Positions 11,801-21,757 of a stretch of DNA of 64,000 bases are shown here, piece by piece; position 1 is the stretch's first letter; each line of letters opens with the position of its first letter. The notes beneath the pieces are model-generated. The model was not told the origin of the DNA, ran no database searches, and saw only the letters and a program-made list of their open reading frames with translations. The stretch is from Balanoglossus misakiensis (Eukaryota; Animalia; Hemichordata), in NCBI GenBank assembly GCA_040954595.2, contig CM082596.2:1517854-1581853 (forward strand). The letters run 5' to 3'. Both the position numbers and the translations under genes were made by a program.

Positions 11801-14800
11801 TTAAAATTTCTTATTTTAATATCATTAAAGGGGAAATCCGTTGTAGCTAATTTCTACATAATTCGGTAGCTTTTATGTCACTCTTTCAGAAAGAAACAGT
11901 TTCGCCATGTATAAGTCGCGCGATTAAGAAAAAAACCGAGTGAAAGTTCCAATATGGCGTTTACTGTAATTTGAATCATGGGAAAAAAAGCGCCAGGACC
12001 AACTTCCGCCCACCTTAGTGTGGGTGATACCATTTCCCGATTGGTGTCACTGCGTCACAAGCTAAGCGTATTTGCATATTTTCCATGGGTTATAGTTCAT
12101 GAAAACTGTCAATAGATGACAAATTTTCAACTTTGCTGATGATTGTTTATCAACTGATGCAAAGAACAAACAATAGCTATGAAAATACGCCTAGTCTGTC
12201 GCCCAGTGACACCTATCTGAGAATGGTATCACCCACACCATGGTGGGCGGAAGTTGGTCCTGGCGCTTTTTTTCCCATGATTCAAATTACAGTAAACGCC
12301 ATATTGGAAATTCTGCCAACTTTCCCTAGATTTTGTAAAAAATCGCGCGACCTATACATGGCGAATATGTTTTTTTCTGAAAGAGTGACATCAAAGCTAC
12401 AAAATTATGTAGAAATCAGCTACGACGGATTTCCCCTTTAAATCAAATCATTTTTTTTCCACATTAGTGTTCAGAACGTTATCCACCTTCAACATACTTC
12501 ATTATTGGAATGGAGTTCTGTGAAAGATATTGCTATTATGGAATGAAAGGTATGGTCATAGCTAGTTCAAGAGTAAGGTTCAAGATTACTTTCAACTTAT
12601 ATAGCAATAATTGTTCACCATCATTTTCCGTAGGACTTTTTAAATTCAAGTGAAAAAAGTAATTTATTTTACTGTTGGAGATAATATACACCTCCTTTGA
12701 TTTTTATTTTTCTCATTATTTGCTTTATATTCTTTTTTCCTGTCAGCCATTTTGATTCTGTACTTTACTGAGATCCTTCTGATGTCTGACGATGATGCGA
12801 CTACGCTATACCACACATTCGTTATGCTTTGCTACTTGTCACCGATTGGTGGCGCTATGCTTTCTGATGGTTTCTGGGGGAAATACAAGTAAGTTCAATG
12901 TAATAAAAAGAAAGAATATTAGCAGAACTTTTTGTTAATATTTCAAGAAAACAATCATACTATTTCATCACTGCTTTCTTGCCTTTCACAATTCACAAGA
13001 ATGGAATATGGAAAAACAGGAATAAACTCTCTCTTTCTCTCTCATCCCCACAGAACAATCTTTTTAATATCATGGATATATCTAGCAGGTTGTTTAGTGA
13101 TGTCATTGTCAGCAATTCCAGCAATCCAAGCAGAAGATCCACTTATGTAAGTAACTTGCAGTTTTAATATCATCCCTGAATACTCATATTTCAGCTTTAA
13201 AATGTACACCCTATTGATTTATACTTGAAGTTCAGAGGTTTCATTGTGTCCTCACTTGCTCAGACTTTGTTGTCTTTGGTTTTCAGGGCCGGAACTGTTA
13301 TTGGTCTGCTGCTGATAGCCACGGGTACCGGGGGTATCAAACCTTGCGTTGCTGCTTTTGGTGGGGACCAGTTCCGAAAAGAACAGGTATGACTCACAGG
13401 TTCTAGGACAGACACCCCCTAGAAAATTGCTACTTTAAATTTAAGGTTTGACTATCGAGGCCAAACTACTTTAAAGACAAGGCTTCCTTTTTCTTGCACA
13501 GACCAGTGAAATCCAGACATACTTCTTGTTGTATTACCTGGCCATTAATCTTGGTAGTCTGCTGTCAACTTTCCTGACACCAATCTTGCGTGAATACCAA
13601 TGTTTCGGCAATGATTGTTATCCCTTGGCCTTTGGTGTACCTGCCATTCTGTTGTTGGTTGCAATCTGTGAGTATAATCTATCTAGGGGCGAACACTTCA
13701 TCTGGGGCTTGGAGAGGAAATTTGCATGTTGCTTTCATGGTCCCATATTAAAGAACAGACAGGAAAAAATTCACTTTAAGTCTCTGCTGTTTGCAATTTG
13801 CTGCGACCAAGCAAAGGTAGATGTCATATTGTTCTGTATTGTAACATTATGTATTGCATTAATAAACTTTTTATAATTGTACCTATTACAGGTGTCTTTG
13901 TCCTCGGTCGTTACACAGTCGGTTATAAGATTTATCCAGGAGAAGGAAATATTGTGTGGGAAGTTACCAAAGCAATTGGGGTAAGATTCTGCAGTGAACA
14001 CCCAGCACACATATTAAAACTATTGGCTGCAATGATTAATATAATTTCATTCCGATCAAAAATGCTTGTATGTGAATAATTTAAAACAAAAAAAAAACAT
14101 ATTCATTCAATATTTTCAATGCAGCATGCCTGCGGGCAGAAATGGAAGTTTAGGAAAGACGAAGACAAGAAAAGCGAAAATCCCCATTGGATGGATTATG
14201 CCTTTCCTAAGTATGACGTAAGTAGACGCCACCACTTTGAACAAATCATGGAGTTTTGAGCCACTGAGTTTTGAGCATGCTTAGTTGGTGAAAGATGGAG
14301 CACTTTATTTTATGCGAGACATTTCTTTTTTTTTCCTTCCAGAAATCATTGATTAATGACACGAAATGCTTATGCCATGTGTTAATCATGTTCATACCGT
14401 TACCGGTGTACTGGGCATTATTTGATCAGCAAGGCTCCAGATGGACTCTACAAGCTACACAGATGGATTGCCAAATTGTAAGTTGACTTCAAGTGAAATG
14501 TTGCACCACATTTACTACTACTTTGGACATCAATATTAATGTACATTGTATATTGTTGCTTCAAAATTAACACTTTGATCTGTTGGTTGTGCAGTTCAAA
14601 GATTTTTTTCTGTTAACAAATTACTTTTATACCATTACAGGGAAGTATCACCATTGAACCAGATCAAATGCAGGTAAATGAAAATCTTGTGCGCAAAGAT
14701 TTGTTTCACTGAATTTTGTAAATTTTAACTCTCCTTTTCAAAAGCTGAAATGAAATTTTGTGATCAGGATTGTGCATTTGTGATATGTTTAAACCATCAA

Positions 14801-17440
14801 ATCCTCTGATTACAGGTTCTGAATCCTCTGTTCATTGTCTGCATGATTCCAGTCTTCGACAACTGCATCTATCCTCTCCTTAAAAAGTGTGGTATCAGAT
14901 GTACTTATCTGCAGAGAATGTGTTGGGGAATGTTGTTTGCCTCCATTGCCTTTTACTGCGCATGCATCGTACAGTTATTTGTCAACGTAAGTATACACCT
15001 TCCTCTCCTAATGTGGGCCCTGAGCCTTGCAAAAGGAACAATATACACCACTGTTTTGTCCTAGCTGTCATAGCATGTCATTGCCCATTGTATAAATGAT
15101 TACATGATGTGCTATGAGTGGACAAAATTGTGGTTGATTATCCTTTAGAGTGTAGCGCAGCATCCAGACTGAGCAAGAACAAATCTTAGTACATAAGTAT
15201 AAACAGTGCAAGCTCAGTATTAAGTGCGCCCCTTTTAACTAAAAAGTTTAACACAAAGAAGTTACAGCAAATGCAAAATGTAATTTTTCATTCGTACAGC
15301 AAACAGTAAGTGTACCACCATGCAGTCAAGGTGCCACAGAATCCGGTATCACTATCATAAACGCTGCTCATTGCAATCTCACTGTCACACCAATGGAATC
15401 GCCTGACGGTGAAGACCATGGATCTGTTTCTGTCCCGTATGGAGAGGTAAGTACACCATAATGTAATTCACTGTCATCTTGTTCCTGTCACAACTTTAGA
15501 CACATCCAACCATCTTCCTCTGGTCATTAATACTCTTATTTTCTAGTTTTCCGAATACCTGTTAGTCAAGCCCGGTAATTTTACCTTGGAGTATAAATGC
15601 AGCTCGGACGATGGAACTATTGGTGGGAGTCTTTCCTTCCCTGCAGTGAATTGTGAAGCGTATCGTTTTATCGTTGGTTCATTCAAATCACCAACGGAAC
15701 CGGACAAGCTCCAACTGCAGGCAACACTGGTAAGTTGGCATGTGTTGTATTTCTTAGATATTAACACTTCAAATTCAACCTAAAGCTATATTGTTTATGT
15801 AATATTATCTTCTCGCAGCTTTATAATTTTTGTCTGTTTTTGTTTTTCAATCCAGGTTATAGACTTGCATGATAAACCTGATCGTGGAACAGCGTTCACC
15901 AGGTAATCCAACCATGTACATGTGTTAACATAGAGGCTGGGGCATTTACTGGGCAGGAGGCTTCAGTATTTGAAACCCCTTTTTTATAATTTTCTGAATG
16001 TCATCATAACATCCTGTTAATTCCTATCCTCACATATCTGCTTTAATTCCCCCCCCCCCCCACTGTAGTTTGGTCTTCGCTTACGACTTCGGGGTGCCGT
16101 ACGTACTTGTCAACTTGACCGGGAAAGACCTCCATTACGATAAACGAAATGCCACACAGGTACCAACAACGCCCGAGTCAGACGTCATGACTGATTTTAG
16201 AATCACACAGTGGGAGGAGTATGAACCGGACGAGTAAGTGCCTGATTTTCACCATTTAAAGGCTGATGTTCATCTTATGCATATTCGCGTTATTTCCTGT
16301 ATACAAACATTATTCTGATCTTAAATGTTCAGCACATTTTGCACATAAGATGACCATTGCCCTTTAGTCCCTTCACCGCTGTGGTTTTCTCAAAATCCAC
16401 TGTTTTGTATGGTAAAGTTGGACCTTATAATGTATATGGACCTCTACGATCATGCATACCTGATTCAGCATCGCCCATACTGTTCTGAAATCTGTTGAAT
16501 TTTTCAGTCCCTGTACAGATGTTGTTTCTCAGGGGTTGTTGCCTGTCCTGAAATCTGCTTGTGGTTTTTCTATCTGTGTAGAGAAATGTGGAAATGTCAG
16601 ATGGAACAAATCTTCCTTCAGACGCATGCAGCTACCATGTTCTCAGGGTAACAAATAAGACATTATTCTCTATACAGCTACAAGATTTCCATAAGTAAAG
16701 ATGATGGAACGACTTGGGAGGAATGGTCGTATGAAGAAAACAAGGTCATAGTGAAAAACGGTGCTGCATATTCCGTTGTGTGGTATCTGAACCAAACTGA
16801 TGATTATTCCGACGATTTCAAAGAAGTGAGTGGAAACTCGTTCTGTTTACAGTCAGATTAAAAGATTCAACACTGTTCTGAGACAACAGAAGCACTCTAA
16901 ACAAAATCAAGATATGACAGGGGAAGCGCCTCTAACGGCTGAAGACAAACTTTTATTGTGTCTAAATTTCTTTTCTTCTTTTATATCACAGGAACATTTC
17001 CAGATGACACAACATACCACGGTTCCTGCCAACACCGTCAATATCCTTTGGCAAATTCCACAATATTTCATCATAACGTGTGGTGAAATCATGTTCTCTA
17101 TCACTGGACTGGAATTTTCCTACGCACAGGTTAGTCACTATAGCAAACTAAGACATATCTTCACTACTTATACTACTAATATAACATTGATTTTGTTGTA
17201 TAATTGAAATACAACATTAACAAAATAATGTTCCTGTCTATCTTATAGGCTCCTGCTTCCATGAAATCATCTCTCCAAGCTTGTTGGTTGCTGACCATCG
17301 CATTTGGAAACCTTATTGTCATCGTTCAGAGTGCAGTTGCCCCACCAAGATCCATGGTAAAAATAACATGACAAAACTAATGCTGTTTATCTTGACAAGG
17401 ACAATGTTGATGATAGTGGGGGTGATGATGGTGATGGTAG

Positions 17441-17519
<79 letters not shown>

Positions 17520-17859
17520 GTTGGCTGTGGTGGTGGTGATTATGATGGTGGTGATGGTGGTATTTATATTGGTGTGTGTGGTTTACTGATTATTATTTTT
17601 ATAAAACTTAACTCACAAAATGTTATTTTTTTCTCAGGCAATCGACTTCTTTTTCTTCGGTACTCTGATGTTGGTAGTATTCTTCATCTTTGTGGCCATG
17701 TCGGTTTGGTACGTCTACATAGAACCCACCTACTACAACGAAACTTACGAAGAAGATGATGGTGATGAAGAGAAAAAACCTATCCCCAATGGTGACGGTG
17801 TGGAGGCCAAAAAAGACTCGCCTGATACAAGCGACGGGGAATCGCAAAAATCTGATTGA
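8827..17859 (+). CDS. SLC15A1/2-like: Proton-coupled oligopeptide transporter (PepT1/PepT2-like), paralog B, complete, ~829 aa
   Basis: 20 GT-AG exons: 8827-8956, 11578-11675, 12468-12549, 12747-12888, 13054-13146, 13287-13386, 13502-13667, 13892-13980, 14125-14217, 14343-14477, 14641-14673, 14816-14986, 15300-15446, 15547-15729, 15856-15902, 16069-16233, 16678-16825, 16992-17129, 17249-17356, 17638-17859 (2490 nt = 829 aa + stop). Same POT motifs as paralog A ([47 protein letters not shown]) and the same intron positions and phases. The first two exons are less certain (ATG in ACAATGG context, phases compatible). Confidence 0.95.
11829..12437. mobile_element. Non-autonomous fold-back DNA transposon (MITE), TTAA TSD, AGGGG termini (Kolobok-like)
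   Basis: TTAA|AGGGGAAATCCGTTGTAGCTAATTTCTACATAATT...AATTATGTAGAAATCAGCTACGACGGATTTCCCCT|TTAA. Inverted arms are ~220 bp (about 11829-12051 vs 12204-12437). TTAA copies at 11825-11828 and 12438-12441. TTAA TSD with purine-purine termini fits Kolobok rather than piggyBac (CC termini). Confidence 0.9.
17406..17560. repeat. (GAT)n microsatellite with GGT-containing flanks in the last intron of paralog B
   Basis: About 25 perfect GAT units at ~17442-17516; this produces the spurious poly-Met ORF. Confidence 0.95.
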
Positions 17860-19107
17860 AATAATTATAATTAAAAGACATCTAGGCTGATAGACAAGTT
17901 TGTTTCTCATCCAAATAGTGTTTAGGGTGAACATGTGAAATTATATACCTTCTACTGTAATAAGTTAATATTATTGTCAACACCAAAACTTTCTCAGATA
18001 CATTTTTTAAGTTTAATTTCATGTTGGGATATTTCAGTTCGGCCATTACTATGACATTCTTGACTATTCAAAGGCATATGGTCAAATCTATTTAACAAAG
18101 AAACAACTGAAGCTAATACATAAAGAAAGAGCGTCAAGACATACCAAACCTCACACCCACTGCCCCCCGTAAACACACAAGCTTCTCAGACATTGGCATG
18201 GCTAGAGATGAAGGCAAAAATATACAGTGTAACCAACTCGTTTGTGTAAGATTGGCACAGGCCTGGATGAGAAACAAACTTTGAGGTCTATAATTATGCC
18301 TTGAGATAATTGTCACAGTTCAGTGTTGGTGGTTGTTTGCCAGCTCACTTTATCTCTGTTGCTTTCACCAGGTCTAATCCCTGTACAGAAATGTAGGGGT
18401 GGGGGTGGGGGGTCTTCAGAACAGGTGATGAAATACCTCACCACAACCCTTGACTTAATTATGCTGTTTGGTTTTTTCTTTCTACCTCAAGACGTAACAC
18501 GCTATGATTTGAAATGCTTTTTGTGTTTGTTCCCTTACTCAAAGATGCTTTAGTCATTTGTTTGTGAAATAATTTCATTAAAGTCTACATATCTAGATTT
18601 TTACAAAATCAAGAGCATCACTATCATATGTAGATGTAGCAATTCACCAATGATGATTTTAAAAGACAGCAACTGTTTTTCTGTAAACCATATAGTAATT
18701 ATTTCTTTAGTTTTAAACCGACAGAGTGCGTTCATTTGACTTGAACACTGTGCCTTCTATATTACTGTATTCTGAGTTTATTTGGTCAGTACACTCTTTT
18801 GATGACTGCCTTTGAGATTTTCAGATTGGCATTCAAAATATCTATGCCTTCTATCATTTTATCCTTCTATACATAGTGCCCCAAGTTTTAATTGCAAATA
18901 TGTACGGTAGTACACACAAAAGCATTTTAATCTACTAAACTATACTTTCATGACTGTATATGGCTAGGAATTACATGTAGTAGGAAATTTTAACCCGTAC
19001 ATGTCTTACATTCCAGAAAAATGCCTTCGCTTACCTTTGCCTGATACTGGTACTTACTGGTATATGTAGTTCTTGTTGATTCTTTGTAGATGAATTGTAC
19101 ATCTCGT

Positions 19108-19113
19108 AATAAA
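19108..19113 (+). terminator. Candidate polyadenylation signal of paralog B
   Basis: AATAAA ~1.25 kb after the stop, followed by a T-rich tract (ttcttatttttattct). Confidence 0.5.
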
Positions 19114-19886
19114 GTTTTTCCAAAGAGGATATCTAGATTCTATTTTTATTCTGACCAAGAGTCAGTACAGACACTGTATACTCTGGTCTCGCTATCACAT
19201 GAATCACAAATTCATGGAATCAATCCAACCAGTTGATAAGAGTGAAGTAATTTGGTTATCCGAGCCAACATACATTTTAGCTATTAACCTTTTTCTTTTA
19301 TTCTGTCCAAAACAACTGATTTGGATATAACATAATTATGATACAACATCAACTGTGCTTGCATAGTATAGACTAGACTACTCCCTAACCTCGATTCTTT
19401 GGCAGACATCAGTTTGGCACTTATCCACCAAAAATCTGACACTCTATTTTCTGTCTAAACTTTTTTATGTCATCTTTTCTGTGAAGACGAATCAGATCAG
19501 GTAAGAAATGTTAATAATTTCTTCAAGTTGTGGCCATTTGGTGAAAATTTCCATACTTTTTCTTGATTTTTTCAAAAATAATACTTCAATATTGCACTAA
19601 GTACTGCTCAGTACGACTGGTCAGTTGCACTGACCTCAGAATTGGACGAATAAAATGCAAAACTTATTATGTGCACCATCTAGTGAGTCTAGAATAAGAT
19701 TCATTTGTTTTATTGTAATAAATTAATGTACAATGACTATTGGATTTGTGTTGCTAGTGGAAGAACATTCTGAAAAGCAGCATTTTAATACTTGAACGAT
19801 AAGAAGTCAAAAACGCAAATCTCTAAACAACAATAATGCGCCAACTACAGGGCCATGTACGTCACGCTCACTTTGCATAATTAGTT

Positions 19887-21757
19887 TCATCTATCTTCAT
19901 ACTGGTGTTCTTCATCCTCGTCTTTGATTAGACCAATACTTCTACCGAACTTTCTCACAGACGACACAAATTTTTTAATCATAAGCGCAATACACATGGA
20001 GGTTATAGCCATGCCGATCATGGTATAAAGAGTGCAAGCAATTAAACTGTATAAATCGTCGTCTGGTACGAAATCCCCGAACCCGATTGTTGTTAGAGTT
20101 ATGAAACAGAAGTATATGCCTGTTGCGATGTCCCACTCTTCAATCAACTGTGAAAACAAAATGGCACCCACCATAATGTATGATAAGAATAATACTAAAA
20201 CTGGCGTAATGGGAACTTCAAATTCATCATTACGCCGTCGTACACGTTCCTCGTCTGAGAAATCTGCTTCCAGTTCCTCGATATCCTGCGTAGGGGCAAG
20301 TCCTGGATCCGACTTGCTGCGAATTTTCATCTCTCTCTTTGCGGCTTTCTTTTTAGATGCACTTTTTCGTTTGCGCGTACTTCGTCTGTTGTCTCTGACG
20401 CTTCCCGCTCTTTCCGGCACAACAAGACTAGAAGCATCTGTCATCGACGTCTCTTCTTCAAGTGTATTTTCGCTTTCTTTTTGAACCACTTCTTCCTCTT
20501 GTTTCTCACTTTCCTGTTTTTCAATTTCTCCCACCACTTCTCCTCCAACTTCAGCTGCGTCTTCTCCGCCTCCTCCTGCTCTGTCCTCCCCTTCTTCCTC
20601 TTCATCTGCTTCTGTTAACTTTTGTTTACTTCCCTTCTTTGTTGATTTCTTGCTCGATTTTTCCCTTGATGGTTTTTCTTTTGATTTATCACCTTCTTTA
20701 TCTTTTGGCTTCTTTGGACTCTTCTTGGACTTCACAGGAGTATCTCCACCCCGCGAGCGTCGCTCATCTTCCGAAAATTCATTTAGAATTCTGTCCAGAT
20801 CATCGCGACTGCTCCAATCTGGTTTATTGTAATTTGCTAATTTTAGTGCAGTGGTTGCGTCCATCACTTTTAATTCAAGGGAATAAATCGACGCAATAGA
20901 CGATGGTCTCGACCCCGTTACAGGCGATGACAATCTCCGTCGCCGTTTTCGTTGCCAACTACCCGTTCGACTTTCAGACTCGCTGTCAGAACGATAAGAA
21001 TCTTTTTTCTTTGTTTCACTAGTTCTCGTTTCACTGCGAGATCTGCGATTTACTTTCTTACCTTTCTTTTTCAAACTGCCCTTTTCAACTTCAGGCTGTA
21101 GTAGGCCTACTTCTTTCTGTTTTCCCTCCACAGGTTTTGATTCCGTTTTGGCTTCAGGTTCACACTCTTTGATTTTTTCCTCGTCTTGTTGCGCGCCCTC
21201 ATCGGTGTTCTTTGTCTCTATGTCTGCCGCCTCTCGCAGTTCAGCCGCCTCTGCTGTTCGTTCCTCGGATTTCGCGATTTCCGCTTCCGTATCAGACTTT
21301 GTTTCATCGTCAATCATAACAAAAGTCTTTCTCTCATTTTGCGGCGATGTGGGCGTCGATGCCGAACCCTCCTTTGCAGCACGTGCCGCGTACGCCTCGC
21401 GGATGGTCAGTCCTCTGGCAGGTGATGATGCCACACTGGATGGTTCCTCTCCACTCTGGCCTGGTGATCCACGCAATAATTCGTCAATTCGGTCGTAATT
21501 TGCCAGTCGCCTAACTTTATCAGGATCCATCATTTTCAAGTCTGCAGTTGTTATGGTAGCAGGTCTTTTCTTTCTTTTCATTTTGTTGGAACTGAGGACT
21601 CCAATATCGCTTGCTGATTTTGGAAGAGTCCTTGTCACACCTTCATCAGGATTGTTTGTTGGTTCTCTTTCTTTCTTTACTCCCTTTTTACCGCTGTTCT
21701 TTTTCTTGGACGTACCTTTCTTTGTCCCTTTCTTTGGTGGCGGTTTCCGTTTGATTG
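19887..21757 (-). CDS. KCNK18-like: K2P channel coding exon 3 (charged M2-M3 loop, M3, P2, M4, stop)
   Basis: Acceptor TTCTTCGCAG|CAATC is in frame with the 583-aa ORF 21638-19887, which contains [12 protein letters not shown]. Confidence 0.93.

Noticed and set aside
12133-12441. 102-aa ORF inside the MITE
   Set aside because: It runs through the inverted-repeat arm and has no transposase motifs.
17281-17589. ORF with a poly-Met run
   Set aside because: It is the translation of an intronic (GAT)n microsatellite in the wrong frame of a PepT exon.
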